Shown: positions 29,030 to 38,813 of the stretch, piece after piece
Layout: every line of letters begins with the position of its first letter
How positions within the stretch are numbered: the stretch's first letter is position 1
Assembly (NCBI GenBank): GCA_048940925.1
Contig: JBHLOC010000016.1
Location: forward strand, 1-64,000
From: Promethearchaeota archaeon
GTDB taxonomy: Archaea; Asgardarchaeota; Lokiarchaeia; Sigyniarchaeales; SOKP01
DNA: 64,000 bases
Direction: 5' to 3'
Translations under genes and position numbers: made by a program
Notes under the pieces: model-generated
Told to the model about the DNA's origin: nothing
Database searches by the model: none
Seen by the model: the letters and a program-made list of their open reading frames with translations, nothing else

Positions 29030-29866
29030 TTATAGAAATTTTGTTAATTCATGCTCTTTTCTTGAAGAGTATAAAAGATTTTTCTTTCTATTACTTTTAT
29101 ACCTTTTAATTGCTAAATCAAGATAATCTTTATTTATATCAATTCCAATGAATTTTCTATTTAAAATGGTGCATACAATTCCAGTTGTACCAGAACCCAT
29201 AAAAGGATCTAATACCCAATCTCCTTCTTTTGATGAGGCTACAATTATTCGATTTAAGAGTTCTAAAGGTTTTTGAGTAGGATGTTTACCAAATTCTTTC
29301 TCATCCTTTGGAATTAATGGGATAGACCATACACTTCTCATTTGTTTATCTTTATTCTTTAATTTGTCTTTCGGATTATTCCAAAATTTCATTTTTTCGT
29401 AATTAAATCTATGTTTAGCTGTCTTTGATTTACGTGCCCATATTACGATTTCATGACTATGTGTGAAATATTTACATGACAAATTTGGAGGAGCATTTGG
29501 TTTATACCATATTATATCGTTAATTAAATCGAAATTATTTTTTTCAAGCAAATATCCAATCTTATAAATAATGTGTAAAGTACCAGAAATCCAAATAGTA
29601 CCATTTTCTTTCATTAATCTCTTACACCCCTTTAACCAAGCATCAATAAATTTAACATCTTCTTCAAATCCCATTGATTTGTCCCATTCTCCCTTATTTA
29701 CAGAGACCATTTTCCCAGAAGAACATGTAACACCATCATTTGATAAAAAATAAGGGGGATCAGCATAAATTAAATCAAATTTATTAATTTCAAATTGTTC
29801 TAAGATTTTTAGTGCATCTCCATGATATAAGATGAAACTGTTTTCTTGAAAATAAGGCTCTATCAT
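29030..29866 (-). CDS. beta-class N6-adenine/N4-cytosine DNA methyltransferase, DpnA/MboIB-like, solitary
   Basis: ADPPYFLSN.G...GKMVSVNKGEWD, HPTQKP, DPFMGSGTT. Confidence 0.88.
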   Translation of the reverse strand: MIEPYFQENSFILYHGDALKILEQFEINKFDLIYADPPYFLSNDGVTCSSGKMVSVNKGEWDKSMGFEEDVKFIDAWLKGCKRLMKENGTIWISGTLHIIYKIGYLLEKNNFDLINDIIWYKPNAPPNLSCKYFTHSHEIVIWARKSKTAKHRFNYEKMKFWNNPKDKLKNKDKQMRSVWSIPLIPKDEKEFGKHPTQKPLELLNRIIVASSKEGDWVLDPFMGSGTTGIVCTILNRKFIGIDINKDYLDLAIKRYKSNRKKNLLYSSRKEHELTKFL

Positions 29867-30024
29867 TATAAGAAAAAATAAAAGATATATCTATAATCCT
29901 TATGGAATAGATTAAGAAATTATAATATCTTTTAATTATTAACTTTAAAGTTTTATATTATCTAGCACTTAATATTCATGTAATAAAAACATCAAAATTA
30001 TCTACAAGTATTAAAATCTTAGAT

Positions 30025-30966
30025 ATGATTAACAAACAAAAATTTGAAGAATTGTTTAGTCGACAGCTTATCAAAGATATTTCTCAAGAAGATATTGATA
30101 TAGTCCTTTCTGGTCAATATGGTAAAGCACTTGAACTATTAAGAGATGCAGAGGCAACAGGTCTCTTTCCAGCTTTAGTTGGACCACCAGGAGTTGGAAA
30201 AACAATTTTATGCCGATATTTTGCTAGTTTACGGGCTCGTGAGAGTAAATCTAAAAATTTTTACTGGCTTACGATGGATGAGAGCATTAAACCATCTCAT
30301 TTTATAGGTTCATTTGACCCTGCAATTACATTAAAGGAAGGTTTTATATTAGAGGCATTTAATCCCGGCCCTTTATTAAGTGCTATGTTAGAGGGAGGCA
30401 CATTCTTAGCGAATGAGATTAATCGAGCCACAGAATATTCGCAAAATACATTATTAGAGCCTTTAGAAGAAGCTTCAATTGGAATTCCTCATTTAGGTAG
30501 GATTAAAGCTCAAGAGGATTTTTTCTTTATATGCGCTATGAATCCTGAGGAATTATCCGGAACTCATCGTTTATCTGAAGCATTAAAAGATAGGATAAAA
30601 GTGTGGATCAAATTAACTTATCCTGATAAATCAACAGAATTAGATATAATAAGAATCAATTTACCCGAACATTTTCATATCGAAGAATCTGAATTAGAGT
30701 TAATTTATTCTGTTATTAAAGAAACACGACAAAATAAAATTGATGTTGAAATTCCTGCTTCAATAAGAGCTGGAATTGCAATGGCTAAATTATTAGGAAG
30801 AAAAAGACTTTTAGAAAAAGAAAACAAAGTAAGAGAAAAAGAATCTATTTATGTATTTTTATCCGAAATAGCAAGAAATGTGTTATTAGGAAGTATAAAA
30901 CCTAAACCGGGAGTAAAGGTTGAAAATGTCATAGAAAGTATTATTCAAAAAACTTTAGGAGGATAA
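30025..30966 (+). CDS. MoxR-family AAA+ ATPase (CoxD/GvpN-like)
   Basis: Walker A GPPGVGKT, Walker B variant FLANEINR, AMNP, LSEALKDR, lid ASIRAGI. Confidence 0.85.
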   Translation: MINKQKFEELFSRQLIKDISQEDIDIVLSGQYGKALELLRDAEATGLFPALVGPPGVGKTILCRYFASLRARESKSKNFYWLTMDESIKPSHFIGSFDPAITLKEGFILEAFNPGPLLSAMLEGGTFLANEINRATEYSQNTLLEPLEEASIGIPHLGRIKAQEDFFFICAMNPEELSGTHRLSEALKDRIKVWIKLTYPDKSTELDIIRINLPEHFHIEESELELIYSVIKETRQNKIDVEIPASIRAGIAMAKLLGRKRLLEKENKVREKESIYVFLSEIARNVLLGSIKPKPGVKVENVIESIIQKTLGG

Positions 30967-30970
30967 TTCT

Positions 30971-33460
30971 ATGGGGGTATTTCCTGAAAATCCGTGTGAA
31001 TTTGCTGTTGAATTCATTCGACGGATGAGGATCCATCCAGATATAATTCAAATACCTTCCTCACGTCAAGTACTATCGATCCCTAAATTAATTGTATCGA
31101 GATATTACCGGAAGGGATCTGTGACTCCAAGTGATTTCATTGAGATTAGTAAAGTAACCTCTTTTCCAGATAATCAACAATTAGCGAAGGAGATAGCTTT
31201 TGAAATATTATTTCCCAATTATAAAAAGAATATAATGAAATCATTTTTTGAAGGTAATGAATTTGATGAAATCGAAGATGATTTGATTCCTAGGGAGATT
31301 AAATCAGAATTAGATGAATTACAAGAATTAATAGATGAAATTGAAGTTACAAAATCGATTGATTCTGATTTTATCAAACAAATGGAACAATTTATGGATG
31401 AACTAAATCAGAAAAGAAATGAAGAGCCGTTTAAGTCTGCTCTTAACTTTTTTGATGATGATTCTGAATTATATAAAGAACAAATTACATCTTTAGAAGA
31501 ATTATTAAAAGAAGCTAAGAACAGAATGCTACAAAAAATTAATTCTTTAGATCCAAAAGACCTTAAAGCTGGTACTAATTTAGGCTTAAATAGTCTAATT
31601 TCAGAAAAATCCTTAAGAGAATGGGAAAAAGTTACAAGTAAAGCTTTAAATAATCAATCTATTGATTCTGATTTAAATAAATTATTAAAATCAGGCAGTT
31701 TAGAAGATCTTCTGCAATCTATGAAATTCTTAAAAGACACAGACGCCATTTCTAAAAAAAAATTCGAGAATCTGAGAAATGAACTTCAAAATAAAATAGA
31801 TAATTTAGATCAATTATTTCAAGCAGCAAAACATTTAGGAGAAACTCCCAATTTTAATCAAGATAAAATACTGAATAATTCCTTGGAAAAATCTTCATTC
31901 GAGCATAATTTTAATTTAGCAAATTCCCTTGATCAATTTTTTGGTACTAACCTTAGAACCTCATTATTAGACAAATTTGATCAACAGATAAAAAATTCCC
32001 AAATGAATATTTCACTTGAAACTTTAACTAAAACAGCATTTGCTAATAAGTCATGGAATTCACTATTTAATAAGGCTCTTCAAAATGCTATTAACGAAGC
32101 TATGAATCAAAGTAAAAAATACGAAGCTCTCAAAACTTTAACACATCAAATGCAACAATTAGCAAATAGTTGCCCAAATATGCATTGTGGTCAAAAAATG
32201 GCTCAAACTATTCCAAATCTAATTTCCCAAACATTAGATTCATGTGATAATCCTTTTCAATTAAAAAATGCAGTTGAATTCTTAAGAAAACTTGGGTTGA
32301 ATCCAGCACCAGAAGATATAAAGAAATCCGGAGAGAGGATTGGAATGCCAGAGGAAGATATTTTTGAATTAATAGAACCAAATTATCAATTATTAAAAAA
32401 ATTAGTTGATAAAAAGACAGCTGATTTTCAACGTATAAGCAATTTAATGAATCAACTTAAAGATCAATTAAATTATGAAAGAATTAAAGAATTAATAACA
32501 AGTGCTTTGGCTTCAGATAATAGAGATGCTTTAGGAGCTTTAGGAAACTTTAATCTGAGTGAAGCTTTAAGAGGTGCTCAGCAAATTGGTGGTAAAGAAG
32601 CACAAAATAAAATGATCTCTTGTCTAACTGCAGGAGGTGGCGAAAATCTTCTAAAACAATGGTTTATTCATCGAAGTACCTTACCAGAGAATGCAAAACA
32701 AAAAGTAAAGGAATTAGCAAAAAAAGTTTTAATCGAACTTGGTATCTATTATTCACGTGCTCGTTTAGGTAGCTCCACTACAGGACCAATACCTATTAAT
32801 ATAGTTAGACCCTATTCAATAGGAGATGATTTTGAAAATATTGATCTAGAAGAAACAATTTTTAATATTTTAGAGAAAGGAAAAAAATTAGAGCATATAG
32901 AATATGATGATTTTTTCGTTTTTGAAACAGCTAAAGGTCTTAGAACTGCTTGTTTTGAATTAGATATTTCTGGAAGTATGTCGGGAGACAAACTAGCATA
33001 TATGGGAATCTGTGTAACGATGTTGTGCTATGGGATGCGAAAAGATGAACTTGGAATAACTTTCTTTGAGTCAGATACTCACGTTTTGAAATCTTTAGAT
33101 GAAAAAGTAGATTTAGACAAATTAGCAGAGGAGTTATTATCTGTTTCTGCTCGAGGTGGTACAAAACTACAAAGTGCTGTTGAATGGGCAAATAAGCAAT
33201 TTAAAGACCATTCAAATTCACGTGAAAAATTAAATGTATTATTTACTGATGCTGAAATTTTTGATCTTAAGGAAGCTATGATAGAATTTAGAAAAATGCG
33301 ATCATTAGGGGTAGATTTCATCTTAGTTTGTCCAGAATCTTCCTATAATTTAAAAGAGGCTAATAAAATGGTTAAAGTTGCTGGAGGACAACTTTTAACA
33401 ATTAAGGATTGGAATGAATTTCCCAAATTAATTTCAGAGATAATAAAATCAAGGTTCTAA
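30971..33460 (+). CDS. VWA domain protein (CoxE-like) with long helical N-terminal region
   Basis: IDLEETI, MIDAS LDISGSM, GGT, FTD; starts 4 nt after the AAA gene. Confidence 0.82.
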   Translation: MGVFPENPCEFAVEFIRRMRIHPDIIQIPSSRQVLSIPKLIVSRYYRKGSVTPSDFIEISKVTSFPDNQQLAKEIAFEILFPNYKKNIMKSFFEGNEFDEIEDDLIPREIKSELDELQELIDEIEVTKSIDSDFIKQMEQFMDELNQKRNEEPFKSALNFFDDDSELYKEQITSLEELLKEAKNRMLQKINSLDPKDLKAGTNLGLNSLISEKSLREWEKVTSKALNNQSIDSDLNKLLKSGSLEDLLQSMKFLKDTDAISKKKFENLRNELQNKIDNLDQLFQAAKHLGETPNFNQDKILNNSLEKSSFEHNFNLANSLDQFFGTNLRTSLLDKFDQQIKNSQMNISLETLTKTAFANKSWNSLFNKALQNAINEAMNQSKKYEALKTLTHQMQQLANSCPNMHCGQKMAQTIPNLISQTLDSCDNPFQLKNAVEFLRKLGLNPAPEDIKKSGERIGMPEEDIFELIEPNYQLLKKLVDKKTADFQRISNLMNQLKDQLNYERIKELITSALASDNRDALGALGNFNLSEALRGAQQIGGKEAQNKMISCLTAGGGENLLKQWFIHRSTLPENAKQKVKELAKKVLIELGIYYSRARLGSSTTGPIPINIVRPYSIGDDFENIDLEETIFNILEKGKKLEHIEYDDFFVFETAKGLRTACFELDISGSMSGDKLAYMGICVTMLCYGMRKDELGITFFESDTHVLKSLDEKVDLDKLAEELLSVSARGGTKLQSAVEWANKQFKDHSNSREKLNVLFTDAEIFDLKEAMIEFRKMRSLGVDFILVCPESSYNLKEANKMVKVAGGQLLTIKDWNEFPKLISEIIKSRF

Positions 33461-33468
33461 ATGATAAG

Positions 33469-35817
33469 ATGGAAAAAAAATCAATATCAAGTCTAATAAT
33501 AAATAAATTCGGCTTAAACCTTTACCAAAAGAGTCTTAAATTCCTTAGTAATAAAATAAATATTTTTTACTTACGAGAAGAACCATTAAAAATTAGATGT
33601 ATTATATTGGACAATGAACGTGAATATCATCTCATAATTGATGAAGTCAAATCTGAAATATACCATGACTGTCCTTCTTTTTTGATTCACTCTGAAAGAG
33701 ATAAGAAAATATGTGTTCATCTTATTAAACTTTTTCTAATTATCAAAAATCAACTCTCTCAAAAGATATTGAAAAATCTAAAAACTTATAATTTAACTTC
33801 AGAAGATTTAGGTTCAAAAAGAAAAAGCAAAAACTTTTTATTACTATCTAATAGTTGCTTTGAAAGAGAAAATTGTGTTGAAGCACTGAATTATTTAAAT
33901 AAAGCAATAATTAACCAACACGAGAGAGAACCGATTATTCAGACTTATATTAGAACAGCAATAAACAACAATTTATACGTTGAATTCTTTGAATTTTTAC
34001 AATATGGATATGAAAATGAGTTAGGAGATTATTTTATAAAAAATTTTGAACTTGTAGAAAAAGGTTTTAAAAAATTTTTAGACATAATACCTCAGTACTC
34101 TTTCTACAATTTGCTTAAAATAATTGAATCCATAGATATAATTTTTAATTTTATAGATATTTCTCTTCTTGTTTCAGATATAAATAAAATAAATATTTTA
34201 GTTGAAAGCACTAATTTTAATAACAACTACTTCTCAATTTATTTGATTAAGAAAAATTATGAAAAACTTGTTAAAGCAAATCCAAATCTCAAAGTGATCC
34301 TCAAGCAGGAAAAATTAAATTTATTAAAAAAAGATATTCTGAATTATTTTTATTCTGAAATTGATAATTTTTGTATTATTGATAAATTAAAGTTGCTAAA
34401 AAAACAATTCAAAGTAATAGATATACCTAAAGAAAAATTTTATGTTAAATATAAAAATTACAAGACAGAAATTAAAGAACTTGAAAGAAAAGTATACTTG
34501 AAAAAGTTTTCATTTTTAAAATTTTTGATAGAAAAATATAAGATAATTAAATCTAAAGGAGAATTCAGAAAAAAAAGAAATGCATATATTGTACAACATA
34601 ATATAGATAATATAAAAAATCCTGTTTATCACTACATAATTTCTCGTATTGGCTTTTTTGGATTGAATGAACAAACAATTAAATCATCAGAAATCGGTAC
34701 TAATTACTTTATAATGAAAGAATTATTTTTAGATGATTTGAGTTCCTTTCAAGATGTTGATTATTATAGAAAACAATTCTGGGGAGAAAATGAATATGAT
34801 ATTAGATCAATGAACGGTTTTTCTTTGTTAAGCAAAAATATAGAATACAGTTATGAGGGTGAACAAAAATATTCAGATGAAGTTATGATTATTGAATGGG
34901 ATCTAGCAAACAAACCCATTCAAGGAAGTATTGTGAATGCTTATGGCTCTCAAATTATTATTCCAGATCAAAATAATCCATTATTTCATGATATAAAGCC
35001 TTTTGATCTTTGTTATTGTAAAAAGACTCCTGTAAAAATAGAAGGTATTATTAAGACAATTAATATTATTACAAAGTGCTCATTTAAAGATGCTATTAAA
35101 AGTATTTCTAAAGGAATGGATTTTATTGAAGGTTATTATCCATTATCACTTGTAAAAGCTGTTTTAACCAAAGAGCTAAGTCCCTTTCAAGCAAATGAAA
35201 TAGTAATAACTAATCCTAATAAATTGTTTATACCGAATTACTCTCACTTCATCAGAGCTTTTAAGAAATATTTGTTTGACTTTATTTATAAACACAGGGA
35301 TTATATTTTTCAAGAATTAAAAACACACCCTAAAGAGAGATCACTTCAAATCCTTACATTATTAGATTTGAGGAATGAATTAAATGGATTAAATTTGCCT
35401 TTTTTTGAAATTATGAAAGATATTCTTTACTCTAATATTAATTTAAAAGATTTTAAAATAAGATTTTTAAATGAAATACATTCATATATAAAGGAATTGT
35501 TGTTAAAAAGAGATATTGGGAGTACCATCGTATTTGATTTGAAAAAATTACGAAATACTTCTTTTTCAAAATATTCTTATCAAATCTTAAATATTAGGAA
35601 GGAGGAGTTTGAATCATCGAAGATCTATAAATTACATAGTAGAAATGAAGTTAATTATAACATTTCGGAAATAAATGAAACTTTTTATGGTTCTAAAATT
35701 TTAAATATTTTAGATTTAGAAGATAAATTCACTCTTAGACCAGAAAAATTCAAGAAGCTCTCAGATTTTGCTTTAAAATTAAATCTAAAATTGAATATCG
35801 AAAACACCTTTAAATGA
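33469..35817 (+). CDS. large protein with N-terminal SWIM-like Zn finger
   Basis: IYHDCPSF...KKICVHLIKLFL (HxC..CxH variant); third gene of the AAA-VWA operon. Confidence 0.6.
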   Translation: MEKKSISSLIINKFGLNLYQKSLKFLSNKINIFYLREEPLKIRCIILDNEREYHLIIDEVKSEIYHDCPSFLIHSERDKKICVHLIKLFLIIKNQLSQKILKNLKTYNLTSEDLGSKRKSKNFLLLSNSCFERENCVEALNYLNKAIINQHEREPIIQTYIRTAINNNLYVEFFEFLQYGYENELGDYFIKNFELVEKGFKKFLDIIPQYSFYNLLKIIESIDIIFNFIDISLLVSDINKINILVESTNFNNNYFSIYLIKKNYEKLVKANPNLKVILKQEKLNLLKKDILNYFYSEIDNFCIIDKLKLLKKQFKVIDIPKEKFYVKYKNYKTEIKELERKVYLKKFSFLKFLIEKYKIIKSKGEFRKKRNAYIVQHNIDNIKNPVYHYIISRIGFFGLNEQTIKSSEIGTNYFIMKELFLDDLSSFQDVDYYRKQFWGENEYDIRSMNGFSLLSKNIEYSYEGEQKYSDEVMIIEWDLANKPIQGSIVNAYGSQIIIPDQNNPLFHDIKPFDLCYCKKTPVKIEGIIKTINIITKCSFKDAIKSISKGMDFIEGYYPLSLVKAVLTKELSPFQANEIVITNPNKLFIPNYSHFIRAFKKYLFDFIYKHRDYIFQELKTHPKERSLQILTLLDLRNELNGLNLPFFEIMKDILYSNINLKDFKIRFLNEIHSYIKELLLKRDIGSTIVFDLKKLRNTSFSKYSYQILNIRKEEFESSKIYKLHSRNEVNYNISEINETFYGSKILNILDLEDKFTLRPEKFKKLSDFALKLNLKLNIENTFK

Positions 35818-35826
35818 GTTATAAAA

Positions 35827-37017
35827 TTAAGCATCAAATTGTAATTTACCGTATGTTGCATCATGACCTGGTATAAACCAGAAATTTCCTTTTCTTACTT
35901 TATCAATCGCATCAATTAATTCTTCAGGAAATCCATCAAAATTGCTTTTTCCTTCCCAAATATTAAATTCCCCTCCGTTTTTGGTAACTAAATCTTGATA
36001 TAGAGAGATATTTTTTTTACTATATTCGGTACCCCCTAAAATGAGGGCAATTAAATTTAATAGTGGAACAATATATTGAAAATTAAGTGATATAGGATTC
36101 TTGTGATCACTTAATTCATATACTCTAGATAAGACTCCTTTTGTTAATTTTTTACCACAATAAGGACATTTTATTTTATTAAGCTTAGGACTACAAAAGT
36201 AATCTTCACCATGTATATGACGGTCTTCTCTATGTCCATCATAATAATATTTACCTGCTGAAGGTTTGAATTCATAAGTTTTAATGATTCTATTCTTCCT
36301 GATGGAATCAATTAAATTTCTATAGTTTAAATTATTAATCTTCAGTATTGTAGCCTCTCTACCTAATCTATGATAATTTGTAGAATGGCTGTCTGAATTA
36401 GAAATAATTGAAATATTATCTAAATCTGAAATACTTCTTATCATTAGTGGATCTGCACTTAAACCCGTTTCTACAGCGTTAACATATTTCGAACCATCTC
36501 CTAAAGCTTCTCTTAAATTATTAAATTGCGAGTTCTCTCCAAAAATACCAAAAAAAGGTGTGAAAATATGAGCTGGTATTATTTCAATATCATTATCAAT
36601 TGAGTTTAATCCAAAGATTATTTTCTCAGGTGTGTTATATAATTTAGCTCTTCCTTCTTTTCTTAAATTACCAAATTTTGATAAATATTCCACAGATTCT
36701 TCTAATTTTTCAAAATTAGGGAATAATATGATGAAATGGACTTTTTTCATATTCGAGTTATAATTCCAAATAACTTCAATTTCAGTTTGTATAATAAAAT
36801 TTACATTCGGTACTTTAGGGGAATAAAAAACTCCTTCTGAATATTCAAGTAACTCGTTTTTTAATTCATTTAACCAAAGGGGATGAAAACAATCTCCTGT
36901 GGCTACTATTTCGATCCCTTTTTTCTTACAATTGAATGCAATTTTAGAAATATTTATACTTTTGCTTGCTCCTCCAGAATACTTACTATGTAAATGAAGA
37001 TCACATATTTTTTGCAT
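35827..37017 (-). CDS. endonuclease Q family (PHP domain plus Zn ribbon, TIGR00375-like)
   Basis: DLHLHSKYS, TGDCFHP.W, PAHIFTP, ETGLSAD, SNSDSHS, LGREAT, GKYYYDGHR, CPYCGK, PGHDATYG. Confidence 0.88.
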   Translation of the reverse strand: MQKICDLHLHSKYSGGASKSINISKIAFNCKKKGIEIVATGDCFHPLWLNELKNELLEYSEGVFYSPKVPNVNFIIQTEIEVIWNYNSNMKKVHFIILFPNFEKLEESVEYLSKFGNLRKEGRAKLYNTPEKIIFGLNSIDNDIEIIPAHIFTPFFGIFGENSQFNNLREALGDGSKYVNAVETGLSADPLMIRSISDLDNISIISNSDSHSTNYHRLGREATILKINNLNYRNLIDSIRKNRIIKTYEFKPSAGKYYYDGHREDRHIHGEDYFCSPKLNKIKCPYCGKKLTKGVLSRVYELSDHKNPISLNFQYIVPLLNLIALILGGTEYSKKNISLYQDLVTKNGGEFNIWEGKSNFDGFPEELIDAIDKVRKGNFWFIPGHDATYGKLQFDA

Positions 37018-37263
37018 TTTATTTTAATTGGGTTTATAATAACTTGTAATAAATTTAAGTACAAATTATTTAAAAACCACAAAAATTATTTAAATTACAA
37101 ATATTAAGAGAAAAAGTTGGATTTACTATTCATTTTCGAGGTTTTATAAAGAAATATCATAAAGACGGACTTTATAATAACAATATTTTTTTATTTTGGA
37201 TATATTTTATTTTAAATAGGATCTATAAATTTATTTAATAAAATCTAATTAAATGGTCAAGAT

Positions 37264-38544
37264 ATGAAAAACACTTCATTCCAACATCCCTCAAAAGATA
37301 TTGTCGAAAGTAAAGGAACTATTTTAAGAGGAAAAACAATTTGTTTGTGCTTAACGGGTTCAGTAGCTGTAATCTCTTCTCCTATTGTTGCTCGAGAACT
37401 TATGAGATTAGGAGCCGAAGTAATAAGTGTAATGTCTAAAGCCGCTACAAAATTAATTAATCCTGCTCTAATGGAATGGGCAACAGGAAATAAAGTAATC
37501 ACTAAGTTAACTGGGGCTGTAGAACATGTTTATCTAGCGGGAGAAAGACCTAGAAGTGTTGGAAAAGCTGATTTAATTTTGATTTGTCCTGCCACTGCAA
37601 ATACCATTTCAAAAATCGCATGCGGAATCGACGATACCTCAGTTACTACTGTTGTATCAACAGCATTTGGATCATCTATTCCCATAGTTATTGTACCTGC
37701 AATGCATGAAAGCATGTATAGACATCCTATTTTAGAGAAAAATGAAGAAAAGTTAAAAGAATGGGGGATCGAAATTTTAGGACCGAGATTATCAGAGGGA
37801 AAAGCCAAAATTGCTAGAGTAGATGATATAATTGATAGGGTTATAGATTTATTAATTTCTGAGAAAAATTTAGAAGGCAAGAAAATCCTTATTACGGCAG
37901 GACCCACAAGAGAAGCAATAGATTCTGTTAGATTTGTTTCAAATAAGTCATCTGGAAAAATGGGAATAGAATTAGCAAAAGAAGCGGCAGCTAGAGGTGC
38001 TAATGTCTTGTTAATTGCTGGAGAGTGCATGGCAAAACTTCCAGATTATATAAACACTAAACACGTTGTATCTACTGATGATTTTATAAAGGCTGTTAAA
38101 GAAGAAATTTCATACAATCATTATGATTTATTCATTTCAGCTGCAGCAGTAAGTGATTATAAACCAATCGAATGTATTAACGGAAAAATATCTTCTGATA
38201 GTGTAGAAGAATTACATCTTGATATGAAACTGACTCCAAAAATTATAAATGTTGCTAGAAAAAAGGATTACAATTTATTTATTGTTGCCTTTAAAGCAGA
38301 GACGAATGTTTCTAAAACTGAGTTAATTGAAAGAGCGTACAATAGACTCGTTAAATCTGAAGCAGATTTAGTTGTAGCAAATGATATTGGTAGAGATGAT
38401 ATTGGATTTAGTAGCAAATACAATGAAGTATTCATTATAGATAAGAAAAAACATATAACTCATGTTGAAAGAAATACTAAAAGGTTTATAGCATCAAAAA
38501 TACTTGATGTAGCTTTAGATGTTTATAAAAAAAGGGATCTTTAG
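37264..38544 (+). CDS. coaBC: bifunctional phosphopantothenoylcysteine decarboxylase / synthase
   Basis: TGSVAV, PATANTISK, PAMHESM, ITAGPTRE.IDSVRFVSNKSSGKMG, AAAVSDY, FKAET, VAND. Confidence 0.95.
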   Translation: MKNTSFQHPSKDIVESKGTILRGKTICLCLTGSVAVISSPIVARELMRLGAEVISVMSKAATKLINPALMEWATGNKVITKLTGAVEHVYLAGERPRSVGKADLILICPATANTISKIACGIDDTSVTTVVSTAFGSSIPIVIVPAMHESMYRHPILEKNEEKLKEWGIEILGPRLSEGKAKIARVDDIIDRVIDLLISEKNLEGKKILITAGPTREAIDSVRFVSNKSSGKMGIELAKEAAARGANVLLIAGECMAKLPDYINTKHVVSTDDFIKAVKEEISYNHYDLFISAAAVSDYKPIECINGKISSDSVEELHLDMKLTPKIINVARKKDYNLFIVAFKAETNVSKTELIERAYNRLVKSEADLVVANDIGRDDIGFSSKYNEVFIIDKKKHITHVERNTKRFIASKILDVALDVYKKRDL

Positions 38545-38813
38545 AGGTTAATTTTAATAAAAACTGTTAAATTTCTTTTTTCTTAACTCTCCTAAAATTT
38601 TAAAAATTAAGATCCCAATCAAAATATTTAAATAATAATTTACTTACTGTAAGAAGTGAAGAAATTAGTAATAGATAAGCTAATAATTGTTAGACAATAA
38701 GACCAATAGATTATTGTTTTATTATATAATTATTAAACAATAATAATTAGGAATATTTAAGTAAAAGTTTATAATTTGTTTAAAGCATTAATAAAATTGA
38801 AAAGCAAAAGAGT

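Noticed and set aside
26374-29866. Integrated element at tRNA-Ala carrying the MTase, GRE or second valS
   Set aside because: No integrase and no duplicated tRNA 3' end (att site) seen in the window.
38680-38750. Inverted repeats TTATTGTTT/AAACAATAA upstream of top6B as an operator
   Set aside because: Almost entirely A/T in a very AT-rich spacer, so not distinguishable from chance by eye.
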